Origin: Myxococcota bacterium
Lineage (GTDB): Bacteria > Myxococcota_A > UBA9160 > UBA4427
Length of the DNA stretch: 64,000 nt
Assembly: GCA_965250285.1 (NCBI GenBank)
Contig: OZ252299.1
Coordinates: forward strand, 4,032,001-4,096,000
Reading direction: 5' to 3'
The notes under the pieces were generated by a model. It was given only the letters and a program-made list of their open reading frames with translations, did no database searches and had not been told where the DNA came from. The translations under genes and the position numbers were made by a program. Shown here piece after piece: positions 55,100-64,000 of this stretch (positions are counted from its first letter, which is position 1; each line of letters begins with the position of its first letter).

Positions 55100-56149
55100 C
55101 TAGAGCGACCGTGTCGAGTTCTTGCAGAACTCCGAGACGCTCCGCGCGGTCTCTCGACTGATCTCGGGACAGAGCAGCGGCATGATCTCAGCGCCGTGCA
55201 TCGTCCCCATGACCTGACGGCAGCGGGCCTCGACGCCCTCGCGCATCAGCAATCGGTAGAAGTTGATGCCCTCGTCGCGCAGCGGATCGCATTCGTTGAC
55301 GCTGATCATCGTCGGCGGCAGACCTCGCACGTCTTCGCCGCTCGCAAAGCCGGGCCAGGCGAGTGGATTGCGCTTCTCGAACTCCTCGATGCCGTACGCC
55401 ATCTGGCCGGTGTTGTTGTGCAGATCGAGCAGGATCCCGTTGTTCTCGATCGACGAGGGGTTCTCGTCGAGCGGCCACTCCCCCGCGATGTACGGGCAGA
55501 GGGCGTAGAGCCCGGTGATCCAGCCGATGTGCCCGTCGCGCAGCAGCTTCATGCCGGTCGCGAGCGTGAGATTCCCGCCCCCACTCTCGCCTGCGACGAT
55601 GATGTGCTCGGGATCGACGCCGAGCTCCTCTGCGTTCTCGACGAGCCACTCGACGCCCGACACACAGTCGTTGAGACCCGCCGGGAACGGCGCGACCTCG
55701 GGCGCTGAGCTCGGCGAGATCGCGTTGCGAAAGTCGACCATGGCGACGTGGACGCCCCCCGCCGCGATCATCTTGCCCCACGCGCGGTAGTTGCCGAGAA
55801 AACACGACAGGGCCTGCATGCCGCCGCCGTGGATGTAGTAGACGCAGGGCAGCGGCTCGCTCGATTCGTTCCGGATGAGCTGCACCTTGATCGTGTTGCC
55901 GTCGGGCTTCGACGTGAACTCGCGCGTCTCGACGGTGAGCCCCGTCGACGGCGCGATCTCTTCGGTGTCACACATCTCCATGAAGCCCTGGAGCGCCTGC
56001 TGGGCCTGGGCCGCTTCGGGCGAGTTCGCGCGCTCGAGCAGCTCTTCGCGGCTCGCGACGTTGGCGCTGGGCGGCATGTTGAGCAGACCCAGGGCGCCGC
56101 GAATGCGGGGATCGAGTCTCGGGTCTTCGGCGGGGTTCTTCGCGGTCAT
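55100..56149 (-). CDS. Alpha/beta hydrolase (HSL-family esterase)
   Basis: HGGG, GESGG nucleophile elbow, DPLRDEG, terminal His. Confidence 0.92.
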   Translation of the reverse strand: MTAKNPAEDPRLDPRIRGALGLLNMPPSANVASREELLERANSPEAAQAQQALQGFMEMCDTEEIAPSTGLTVETREFTSKPDGNTIKVQLIRNESSEPLPCVYYIHGGGMQALSCFLGNYRAWGKMIAAGGVHVAMVDFRNAISPSSAPEVAPFPAGLNDCVSGVEWLVENAEELGVDPEHIIVAGESGGGNLTLATGMKLLRDGHIGWITGLYALCPYIAGEWPLDENPSSIENNGILLDLHNNTGQMAYGIEEFEKRNPLAWPGFASGEDVRGLPPTMISVNECDPLRDEGINFYRLLMREGVEARCRQVMGTMHGAEIMPLLCPEISRETARSVSEFCKNSTRSL

Positions 56150-56202
56150 CGGGTTTGCTCCAGCGACATGGGGTTTCAGGCGAGCGGCAGGCGCAGTCGC
56201 GC

Positions 56203-56634
56203 TCACGCCTCTTCGGGCAGGTACTGCTGATAGTGCTCGCCCAGATCTTCGTCTTGATGCGTCGGTACCCGGTAGTACGTGCGGATCACCACCGAACCGT
56301 CGGGTTCGAAGCGGTAGGTCTCGATGCTGTAGCCGACCCGAGATTCGCCGCTCTTCGTGTCGATGTGATTCTCGAGGAGCCAGGCGACCTCGTTGTCGCA
56401 GATCATCAGCGTGCCGTCGGCGATCTTGAACCGGACGTTCGGCTGGAAGAGATCGAACGAGGCGAGTGCGCACTCTTCGAAGCCGTGCTTCTCGGGTGTG
56501 CCGACGGGGTCGAGCATCCGAAAGTCACCAGGCGCGACCTTGCGCCAGTTCGCGGCCCAGCCGTCCTTGTCGCCCGCGTTCCACAAGGCGACATACTGAT
56601 CGGCCCAGTGCTTGAGTTCGTCGAAGGTCGGCAT
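56203..56634 (-). CDS. NTF2 / ketosteroid isomerase-like protein
   Basis: YVALWNAGD, DPVGTPEKHG, IETYRF; SD GAGGAG. Confidence 0.75.
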   Translation of the reverse strand: MPTFDELKHWADQYVALWNAGDKDGWAANWRKVAPGDFRMLDPVGTPEKHGFEECALASFDLFQPNVRFKIADGTLMICDNEVAWLLENHIDTKSGESRVGYSIETYRFEPDGSVVIRTYYRVPTHQDEDLGEHYQQYLPEEA

Positions 56635-56643
56635 CGGCTCTCC

Positions 56644-57126
56644 TCAATCTGACTTCGTCGGCGACGCACGCCGCTTCAATCGAAAGATCCGGATGTTCCG
56701 GTCGGTGCGGGCCTGGTACACGTCGAGCTGCGGAATGGCTTCGCGCATCCGATCCCAGACCCGCTCTTTCTCTGTATCGTCGAGCACAACGGCATCAGCC
56801 GTGAATCGCTCGCCGATCGCCTGCACCTCGACCTCGGGGTGGACTTCGATGTTGTAGCGCCATGCGGGGTGCTTCTGCTGCCCCATCGCGCTCGCGACGA
56901 TCAGCCAGTCCCCCCGATCCTCGACACAGGCGAGGTGCACCGAGCGCGGTTCGCCCGAGCGCCGGCCGCGCGCGGTCAGCGTCAGCATCGGCATCGCCGG
57001 CGGCCCGAAGGACGTGAGGCGGCCGTTGGTCGCACGAAAGAGCCAGGGGTCGACGCGGGACGAGAAGTTTCGGATCAACCAGGTGCTGACCGGATTGGTG
57101 GTCAGCCAGACGACGGCCGAGCTCAT
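56644..57126 (-). CDS. Deazaflavin (F420)-dependent nitroreductase family protein (Ddn-like)
   Basis: LTLTARGRRSGEPR, IVAS...HPAWRYN, YQARTDRNIRIFRL. Confidence 0.88.
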   Translation of the reverse strand: MSSAVVWLTTNPVSTWLIRNFSSRVDPWLFRATNGRLTSFGPPAMPMLTLTARGRRSGEPRSVHLACVEDRGDWLIVASAMGQQKHPAWRYNIEVHPEVEVQAIGERFTADAVVLDDTEKERVWDRMREAIPQLDVYQARTDRNIRIFRLKRRASPTKSD

Positions 57127-57153
57127 CGCGAGACCTCCGACACGAACGCGAAC

Positions 57154-58548
57154 TCACTCGATCCGCTGCATGCGAACGCCTTCGTACTCGCGCATCGCGG
57201 GTGCGGCGATCCACTCGAGGCGCTGGAGACGCCGGTGCAGCAGCGGCACGAGCACGGCGTCGTCTTCGGCCGTGCTGGCGGCGATGCGCTCTTCGAGAAA
57301 CGCGGCGCCCTCGTCGGCGGTCGTCGGCCGCTTGCCGTAGGCCGCGGCGATGTCGTCGAGGTTCGCGGCGTCGATGGCCGGGCCGAGGCGATCGACGCGC
57401 TCGAGCACCTGCGCGAGCCGCCACGCCGAATCGCGTTCGTAGCCCGCCTGATCTCCCGAGAGGCTGCGTTCGGTCGTCGACATCGCTTCGCCCCGGGGCG
57501 CCAGCTTGCCGACCAACGCATCGGCGGCGGCGCTGAAGCGCGTATCGGTGGGCTCGATCGTTTCGACCGGCTCGAGGGCGAGGCCCATCCCGTCGGCGAT
57601 CACCTCGAGCGGGCCCTTGGCGTAGACCAGATACCAGACGAGGTACTGCGTGTAGTCGAGCGTCGGAATGTGTCGCGCGAGCATGGGCGCGACGATCATC
57701 GGCGTGCAGGTCGAGAACCGGACGGTGTGATAGTCGATGACGCTGCGATCGATCCGTTCGCCAACCTTGTTCTCGTAGTACTCGATCGCCGGGCCGATCG
57801 GACCGAGCGGTTCGCTCAGGTCACGACAGCGCAGCGAGCCGAGATCGGCCGCGGGATCCCCGATGTACGCGAGCTCGAGGTCGATGAGCCCCGTGATCCG
57901 ATCGCCTTCGAACATGAACTGGCCTGCGTCCGCGCAGAGCAGGCTCCGCTTCGTGCGGCCCTTCGGCACGTTGCGCAGGAGCCACGCGATCAAGAACTCG
58001 ACCTCGGGCTCGGGACGCGACTTGTCCCGTCGGTAGTTGCGAATCCAATCGTCGAGATCGCCGAGGGCGAGCCCCTCTTCGCCCTCCGGCATCGCGAGCC
58101 CGAGATCCTCGAAGCGCTCGGCCGGCACGGCGTGCAGGCGGGCGAGGACGTCCATGTAGTCGTTGATCACGGCCGATCGCTGGGCATCCGACGCCGCGGT
58201 CGCGAGATTGGCCTGGCCAGGCAGGCAGTCCATCACGATCCCGCCGGGCTCGCGACTGAACGCATGGACGTGGGGGACTGGGATGCCCTCGCGCTCCATC
58301 GCGCGCATGACGTTCGCCTCTCGCTCGAGCTGCTCGAGCCCGTTCGGGATCTCGGCGCGCTGACCGCGCCAGTAGAGCGAGCGCCGCTCCCCCTCGCGTT
58401 CGAGCTCGAGAAACCAGGCGGGGCGCCAGCGGGGCTGCCGTCGGACCTCGACGATGCGACCGTCGAGCTCACCTTCGAGCCAGGCGAAGGCGGTCTGCCA
58501 CTCTGGATCGAGCCCCGAGAAGACGTCGCGCGTGGCGGCGTTGCTCAC
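57154..58548 (-). CDS. Phosphotransferase (APH/ACAD10-like) family protein
   Basis: LEREANVMRAM, LARLH, DAGQFMF, IDLELAYIGDPAADL; GTG start overlaps the upstream stop. Confidence 0.85.
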   Translation of the reverse strand: MSNAATRDVFSGLDPEWQTAFAWLEGELDGRIVEVRRQPRWRPAWFLELEREGERRSLYWRGQRAEIPNGLEQLEREANVMRAMEREGIPVPHVHAFSREPGGIVMDCLPGQANLATAASDAQRSAVINDYMDVLARLHAVPAERFEDLGLAMPEGEEGLALGDLDDWIRNYRRDKSRPEPEVEFLIAWLLRNVPKGRTKRSLLCADAGQFMFEGDRITGLIDLELAYIGDPAADLGSLRCRDLSEPLGPIGPAIEYYENKVGERIDRSVIDYHTVRFSTCTPMIVAPMLARHIPTLDYTQYLVWYLVYAKGPLEVIADGMGLALEPVETIEPTDTRFSAAADALVGKLAPRGEAMSTTERSLSGDQAGYERDSAWRLAQVLERVDRLGPAIDAANLDDIAAAYGKRPTTADEGAAFLEERIAASTAEDDAVLVPLLHRRLQRLEWIAAPAMREYEGVRMQRIE

Positions 58549-59798
58549 GCCGCCTGCTTCCGAATCTCGCCGAGCTCGGGGCCGATCCGGCTCGCGATCT
58601 CCTCGAGCCGCGCGCGATCGAAGCCGTACACGTCGACCGCCGTACCGCCGAGCATGCGACGAATCTCGTCCTCGGGGTACTCGGCGAACGTCTCGCGCAG
58701 CTTCTCCATCGTGTTCGGCCACGTGCCTTCGAGGTGGGGGTAGTCGGTGCCCCACATGTATTTGCCGAGGCCGATCTCGTGGCGGTCGGCCCCTTCATCG
58801 GGCGCGAGGAACGACGCACCGAACCAGCAATGCCGCTCGAAGTACTCCTTCGGCGAGAGGGAAAGGCCCGCCGTGAAGTACTTGAAGATGGGGTTCGACG
58901 CGTAGCGATCGAGCAGCCGCAACGTCTCGCGGATCCACGTGCAGCCGGTCTCGGTGAAGATCAACTTGAGGTTCGGGTGCCGCTCGAGCACCCCCGACCA
59001 GACCAGCGCCGCGAAGGGTCGCTGCGCGAACCCTGCGACCTCGGTGATGTACATCGCGGTGGCGGCCGGGACGTCGCCGTAGTCGGGCGACCAGCCCGAA
59101 TGCGATTGCAGCGGCATCTCGAGCTCGGCGCACGTCTCCCAGAGCGGCTCGTACACCGGGTCGTGGTAGTACGGGTTCGGGCCGGTGCTCGTCGGCAGCA
59201 GCACGCCCCCAAAGAGCCCGAGATCCTTTGCTTCGCGCACCTCCTTCACGGCGCGCGGAATGTCGTCGACGTTGATGAGCGCGACGCCAGCCTGACGCCC
59301 GGGGTTCTGCTTGCAGAAGTCGGCGAGCCAGCGGTTGTAGGCCTGGATCCCCGCCCAATTGTCGTCGGGATCGACCGCGTGTCGATACTGGATCAGCCCC
59401 GCACCGAAGGGCGCCATCTGTGGAAACACGACCTCGCCCGCCACACCGTCTGCATCGAGCTCGGCAATGCGCGTGTCGATGTCGAACTCGCCGCGCCGGG
59501 GCGCGAACGGGCTCGACTCGTCCGACATCATCTGCAGCAGCGCGTCGTCGGTGATGCCTCCCTCACCCTTCCCGCGCTGACTCCAGATGCCGCGCTGGCC
59601 GTCTTCGCCCGCGCCCTCCGAGTATGCGTCGACCGCCTCCTGGTCGAAGAAGGTGCCGGTCCGACTCAACATCTCGCGGGCGTACGAGATCCACCATGTC
59701 CGCGCCGCCGCGTGGTGACGCTTCGGCATGTACGCCTCGTACATGCTCGGCAGGGCCCCGGCATGGCAGTCGGAGCTGACGATGAGGATCCTGGACAT
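58545..59798 (-). CDS. Amidohydrolase 2 family protein
   Basis: SSDCH, DADGVAGEVVFP, YNRWLADFC, GVLERHPNLK, MWGTDYPHLEGTWP. Confidence 0.92.
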   Translation of the reverse strand: MSRILIVSSDCHAGALPSMYEAYMPKRHHAAARTWWISYAREMLSRTGTFFDQEAVDAYSEGAGEDGQRGIWSQRGKGEGGITDDALLQMMSDESSPFAPRRGEFDIDTRIAELDADGVAGEVVFPQMAPFGAGLIQYRHAVDPDDNWAGIQAYNRWLADFCKQNPGRQAGVALINVDDIPRAVKEVREAKDLGLFGGVLLPTSTGPNPYYHDPVYEPLWETCAELEMPLQSHSGWSPDYGDVPAATAMYITEVAGFAQRPFAALVWSGVLERHPNLKLIFTETGCTWIRETLRLLDRYASNPIFKYFTAGLSLSPKEYFERHCWFGASFLAPDEGADRHEIGLGKYMWGTDYPHLEGTWPNTMEKLRETFAEYPEDEIRRMLGGTAVDVYGFDRARLEEIASRIGPELGEIRKQAA

Positions 59799-59943
59799 GC
59801 TTCGCTTCTCCCCTGGCGCGTTGCCGTCCGATGATTGCTGATTCTCAAGTGCGAATCCCGTCGTCGGTGAAGCATCTGCGTTGGCGCCGCGCGACCCCAG
59901 AGGGATCGAGTTCGTGTCCAGATCGCTGTGATAGGGTCGGTGG

Positions 59944-60798
59944 ATGGCCGAACGCCTCCCCCAGCGACTCGTCTACTCCGTCTTCCATCTCACCGACCTC
60001 TCCGCCGAATCCGAGACCGCCTTCGCCCACGCGCTCGCGATCGCGCTCGTACGGGGGTCGAAGCTGACCTTGCTGCACGCCGGCGGCGGCGCCGACGAGT
60101 GGGACCGGTTCCCCCACGTCCGGGGCACGCTGGAGCGATGGGGACTGCTCGAACCCGGCAGCTCGCGCAACGACGTGTTCGAGAAGCTCTCGGTTCAGGT
60201 GAAGAAGGTGAATCTGGCGAAGTCGAGCAGCGTGTCGGCGGTGCTCGACTACCTGAGCAGCGATCCCTCGGAGCTCATCGTCACCAGCTACGACGCGCAT
60301 CGGGGCATCACGGGGATCAGCCGCGATGCGACCGCCGAAGACCTGGCGCGCAAGTCGGACGCGATGGCGCTCTTCGTGCCGTCGAAGGGCCGCGGTTTCG
60401 TCTCGGCCGAGGACGGCTCGCTTTCGCTGCGACGGATCCTCGTGCCCATCGCCGCCGAGCCCGCGCCGGCCTTCGCGATCGAGGCCGCGCGCCGCATCGC
60501 CCACCTGCTCGGCGACCCGCCGGTCGAGATCGTGCTGCTGCACGTCGGCGAAGGCGCACCGACCATCGACGCGCGCGACGATGCGCACGTGCGCTTCGAA
60601 CTGCGCACGGAGTCGGGGGAGGTGATCGACTCGATCATCGAGGTCGCCGAAGAGATCGGTGCCGACCTGATCTCGATGGCGACCGACGGACGCAACAGCC
60701 TCGGCGAGACGCTCCGCGGCAGTCACACAGAGCGCGTCGCCCGCCGCGCGACCTGTCCGGTGCTCGCGCTGCCCGAGTCCTGGAACGATTTTCTGTAG
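59944..60798 (+). CDS. Universal stress protein (two USP domains)
   Basis: TDLSAESETAFAHA, RRILVP, ADLISMATDGR...GSHTERV...CPVL. Confidence 0.88.
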   Translation: MAERLPQRLVYSVFHLTDLSAESETAFAHALAIALVRGSKLTLLHAGGGADEWDRFPHVRGTLERWGLLEPGSSRNDVFEKLSVQVKKVNLAKSSSVSAVLDYLSSDPSELIVTSYDAHRGITGISRDATAEDLARKSDAMALFVPSKGRGFVSAEDGSLSLRRILVPIAAEPAPAFAIEAARRIAHLLGDPPVEIVLLHVGEGAPTIDARDDAHVRFELRTESGEVIDSIIEVAEEIGADLISMATDGRNSLGETLRGSHTERVARRATCPVLALPESWNDFL

Positions 60799-60851
60799 CC
60801 CGTTGCCCGATTCGTCGCGGCCCGATCCGAACCGCTCGGGCCCTGCGTCGG

Positions 60852-62099
60852 CTACTCCGAAGCGATGTCGTAAGCCGCGACGTAGTCGGCCATGACGTCT
60901 CGCACCATGGCCTCGTCGAGCCCGAAGTCTTCGAGCCGATACTCGTGCTTGCCGAACTTGCCCTTCGGCTTATCCCGCAGATACGCCTCGACCCTTGCCT
61001 CGTGTCCTTCGGGCCACGCGAGGCCCGACCGGTCGTAGATGCGACGCAACGCCGCCGCCGGCGACTCGATCAGGTCGAGATACCGGCTGTCGACGAACGA
61101 CGCGTCGGGCAGCGCGCCGCTCTCGCGCAGGCCGCGCACGAGGCCGAGCATGCCCGCGAAGCCGTAGAGGGCGATCTGGCCCTGGGCCGCGCGGTCGACC
61201 ACGTCGGCGCGAAGCCAGTTGAGCATGGCCGTGGTGCTCGCCGTCGAACCCACGAACTTCTGAGGGTCACGGTGGGTCTGGATGATCGTCGCGTCGGGGT
61301 ACTGGCCGAACAGCGCCTGGATCGTCGCGAGGTGCCCGGGCGACTTCAGCAGCCAACGGCGCCGCGGCCCGCCGTACTGCAGTGTCTGGAGGAATCGCCG
61401 GTGCTCCTCGTACGTGCGGGCGACGACCTCCGGCCGGGTCGCGACCCATTCGTTGTACGAAGGCGTCACGTAGTGCATGGTCCAGTAGCTCGAACCGAAG
61501 TCGACCGCGAGGAAGTGAACGCACTCGCACGGCAGGTCACTGCGCAGCTCGTGCAGGGTCATCAGCTCGGGTTGAATGTCGGCCCAGAGCTCTTGCTCGG
61601 CCTCGGCGGCGGCCATCGCGGCCGCCTCATCGGGCACGGTGTCGTGAAAGACGGGGTGATGCGCCTCCCACGAGATCGGCGCCCGCAGCTGTGGGTCCAG
61701 GGCGAGCAGCTCGAGCAAGATCGTCGTGCCCGTCCGCGGCGCACCGACGATGAAGAGCGGTCCGTCGATGGGCTCTTCGAGGATCGCCGGCGTCGCACGC
61801 CAGGCCGCGTGCAACCGAAGCCGCGTCTGCAGCGCTCGGATCGCTTCGGCACGACACAGCAGCCGACCAACCAGATTCGCGCCCGACTCGGTATCGATCG
61901 ATTCGATTCGCCTTCGGTACGTCTCGAGAAAGAGCGCGTCGCCGACCTCGTCGAGGCCGGTCGACGCGCGCGCGGTTGCGAGCATCTCGTCGGCGTCGAG
62001 CGGCACGACGTGCCGCGGATCACCGGTGGCCGGACCGAACTGGTTGAGGCGCCGCACCCAGTCGGGGCGCTCGCGATAGGGCTGCATTCGATTCTCCAT
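60852..62099 (-). CDS. Sulfotransferase family protein
   Basis: 5'-PSB GAPRTGTT, WLLKSPGH, 3'-PB THRDP. Confidence 0.9.
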   Translation of the reverse strand: MENRMQPYRERPDWVRRLNQFGPATGDPRHVVPLDADEMLATARASTGLDEVGDALFLETYRRRIESIDTESGANLVGRLLCRAEAIRALQTRLRLHAAWRATPAILEEPIDGPLFIVGAPRTGTTILLELLALDPQLRAPISWEAHHPVFHDTVPDEAAAMAAAEAEQELWADIQPELMTLHELRSDLPCECVHFLAVDFGSSYWTMHYVTPSYNEWVATRPEVVARTYEEHRRFLQTLQYGGPRRRWLLKSPGHLATIQALFGQYPDATIIQTHRDPQKFVGSTASTTAMLNWLRADVVDRAAQGQIALYGFAGMLGLVRGLRESGALPDASFVDSRYLDLIESPAAALRRIYDRSGLAWPEGHEARVEAYLRDKPKGKFGKHEYRLEDFGLDEAMVRDVMADYVAAYDIASE

Positions 62100-62126
62100 G
62101 GGGCCGCTTCGTTCGGCGGGCGCCGG

Positions 62127-63281
62127 TCAGCCGCGCAGCGAGTCGACGGGCACGACCTCGGCTTCGATGGCAGGCGGGTTCTCGGCCGGCAGCAGGAAGC
62201 GCCAGAAGACCATGCCCGTCTTCTGTCCCGCCGCATCGAGCCAGTTCGGCACGCCGGGATCGCGGTGAGCAACGACCATGGTGAAGTGACCGGCGTCGTC
62301 GACCACCGTCTGCACGCGGTTCAGCGAGACGCAACGAAACCGGTAAGGCGCCGTCTGGAGTCGGTGATTCCAGAGGACGACGTTCGCGAATCGACATCGC
62401 GTCCAGCGTCCCCGCATGACGAGGGCATCGTCGGGACCGAGGTCGTAGCGGGTCTGCAGATACGCGTTGTCGGCCGCGGCGTAGCCGATCTCCTTGTTGC
62501 TCTCGTCGTAGGCCGAGTTGTCGAACGCATTGACTTCGTTCGACACCCAGGCCGGCATCGCCTCGGGCGGCAGGTCGGGAAAGCCTACGGTCGCGCCTTT
62601 GATGAAGTTGACGACGCGGCGCACGCCGGCCGCGATCGCGGCGTCGTCCATGACCGGGGCGGGGCCCGGGTCGACCACCGGCTCGATCCAGAGCGGCACG
62701 TGGAAGCTCGGGTCGGCGGCGACGCTGCGATCCCACTCCCAGTAGTGGCGGGTGGTGATCGTGCCTGCGCCGGGCTCGAGTCGCAGCCAGTTGCCTTCGT
62801 GCGGCTCGGGGCTCGCGATGATCTCGTAGCTGCCGTCCGCACGAACGTCGAACTCGGTGTCGTTGAGGGTCGAGACCACGCCTTTCGACAGGTGCCCCTC
62901 CATCGCGCCGGCCTCGACGCTGAACGACGTGTAACACGCCCCGTGCACGTTGCCGTGGATCCGGTACGTACCGGCGGGGTCGCACACGGCGCCGTAGTAC
63001 ACCGCGTCGGGGTTGTCGCCGAGCAGCTTCTTCGTCGGCGAGAGCCAGCGGTGGAAGACCGGGCGCTGCGGGTCGACCTCGAACCAGCACTGAAAGCCGT
63101 GCTGCATGGCGTTTGCCAGCAGGTACCGACCGGCCGCCCGCTCCTCGGGCGTCGACATGCCCCGCTCCGCCGTGACGTACTCGGCCTCGATCTCGGCGAG
63201 CGCCTCTCTGAGCTCGGCCCATGCGGCGGGCGAGACGTCGCCGGATTTGTCTGTGACGGCGTTGGGGTCGGTGCTCGACAT
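62127..63281 (-). CDS. DUF1214 family protein
   Basis: GDNPDAVY, VAHRDPGVPNWLD, RF tail; paired with a sulfotransferase. Confidence 0.82.
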   Translation of the reverse strand: MSSTDPNAVTDKSGDVSPAAWAELREALAEIEAEYVTAERGMSTPEERAAGRYLLANAMQHGFQCWFEVDPQRPVFHRWLSPTKKLLGDNPDAVYYGAVCDPAGTYRIHGNVHGACYTSFSVEAGAMEGHLSKGVVSTLNDTEFDVRADGSYEIIASPEPHEGNWLRLEPGAGTITTRHYWEWDRSVAADPSFHVPLWIEPVVDPGPAPVMDDAAIAAGVRRVVNFIKGATVGFPDLPPEAMPAWVSNEVNAFDNSAYDESNKEIGYAAADNAYLQTRYDLGPDDALVMRGRWTRCRFANVVLWNHRLQTAPYRFRCVSLNRVQTVVDDAGHFTMVVAHRDPGVPNWLDAAGQKTGMVFWRFLLPAENPPAIEAEVVPVDSLRG

Positions 63282-63387
63282 CGGCGTCGCTCCTCGAATC
63301 GGGCGCCCCGCGGCGGGGCCCGGCACCCGAGTCTACCCACCGGCGGGCGTTGCGCCGACCCATGCAGCCAGACGCGGCCAAGAGAAA

Positions 63388-63416
63388 GGGCCCGCAGCCG
63401 AGTCGGCTGCGGGCCC
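63388..63416 (-). terminator. Intrinsic terminator
   Basis: GGGCCCGCAGCCGA-G-TCGGCTGCGGGCCC hairpin followed by TTTCTCTT on the minus strand. Confidence 0.75.
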
Positions 63417-63479
63417 CGTTGGACGCGGTGCGATGCGGGTCGGTCTCGGATCGACCCGCATGCACACCCGACGGTCTGG

Positions 63480-64000
63480 TCAGAGACCAGCCGGGATCAG
63501 CACCTCGTTGATCCCCTGCACGGTGGCGCCGGTCAGCTCGTTGTCGAAGTCGACGACGCGTGCACCGTTGATGCGCACCCCGAAGAACCACAGGAACCGA
63601 GTGGCCACAGACTGACCGAGCGCGGTGTCGGTCTTTCGCTCGAAGATCATCTCGATGATCGACTTCTCGGACGGGATCACGTGGTAGAGCAGGATCGTCG
63701 AGAGCGTCTCCGGATCGTCGAGCAGCGCGTTGATGGTGTCTTCGCCCAGCGCGGCGAAGGCCTCGTTCGTCGGCGCCAGGATCGTCACCGGTCCGAGCGC
63801 GACGAGATCCTCGGCGATGCCGGCCGCCTGGATGGCGGCAACGAGGGTCGTGTAGCCCTCGGCCTCGAGCTCGTCGAGGATCGACGCGTCGGGACCGGTG
63901 GGCGGGAGAAGCACCTGCTCGATGACGTGAATCGTCGCATTCGGCGAGCGAGCGTCGAAGCCCGATACCGTCGAATCGTTCACCTTCAAGCCCTCGCGAG
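63480..64000 (-). CDS. Fasciclin (FAS1) domain protein, C-terminal part (start beyond the window)
   Basis: IHVIEQVLLP ends one FAS1; TTLVAAIQAAG, TILAPTNEAF, ILLYHVI, INEVLIP form a second. Confidence 0.88.
   Translation of the reverse strand, partial: REGLKVNDSTVSGFDARSPNATIHVIEQVLLPPTGPDASILDELEAEGYTTLVAAIQAAGIAEDLVALGPVTILAPTNEAFAALGEDTINALLDDPETLSTILLYHVIPSEKSIIEMIFERKTDTALGQSVATRFLWFFGVRINGARVVDFDNELTGATVQGINEVLIPAGL

Noticed and set aside
1..64000. tRNA, rRNA, transposase, integrase, prophage or defence genes
   Set aside because: None recognised; almost all sequence is explained by metabolic, regulatory and envelope genes

Overview
High-GC, gene-dense chromosomal segment of a diderm bacterium (TonB-dependent receptor, lipoproteins, sigma54 promoter). 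Gene content is most compatible with a Myxococcota/deltaproteobacterial lineage; this is inference, not a search result. I call 59 CDS, dominated by lipid, steroid and aromatic catabolism (P450, flavin monooxygenases, paired acyl-CoA dehydrogenases, thiolases, SDRs, 2OG dioxygenases, an F420-type nitroreductase, a sulfotransferase), three TetR regulators with visible operators, a hybrid kinase, a Ser/Thr kinase and a type II glutamine synthetase under a sigma54 promoter. No rRNA, tRNA, CRISPR array, transposase or prophage gene was recognised. Best leads: (1) an apparent operon at 10310-13039 encoding a protein whose Cys pattern resembles the plant/cyanobacterial D27 beta-carotene isomerase, a coupled CxxC mini-protein and a lipoprotein built from two equal-length 239-aa repeats; (2) a folE-BLUF light-response pair with a dyad-rich upstream region; (3) a codon-anomalous patch in a TonB receptor loop; (4) a surface beta-propeller/di-heme cytochrome with a C-terminal sorting signal; (5) a four-gene envelope operon whose M48 peptidase has REXXH instead of HEXXH; (6) a MITE-like inverted-repeat element. 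All family assignments are by motif recognition from memory, not database searches.
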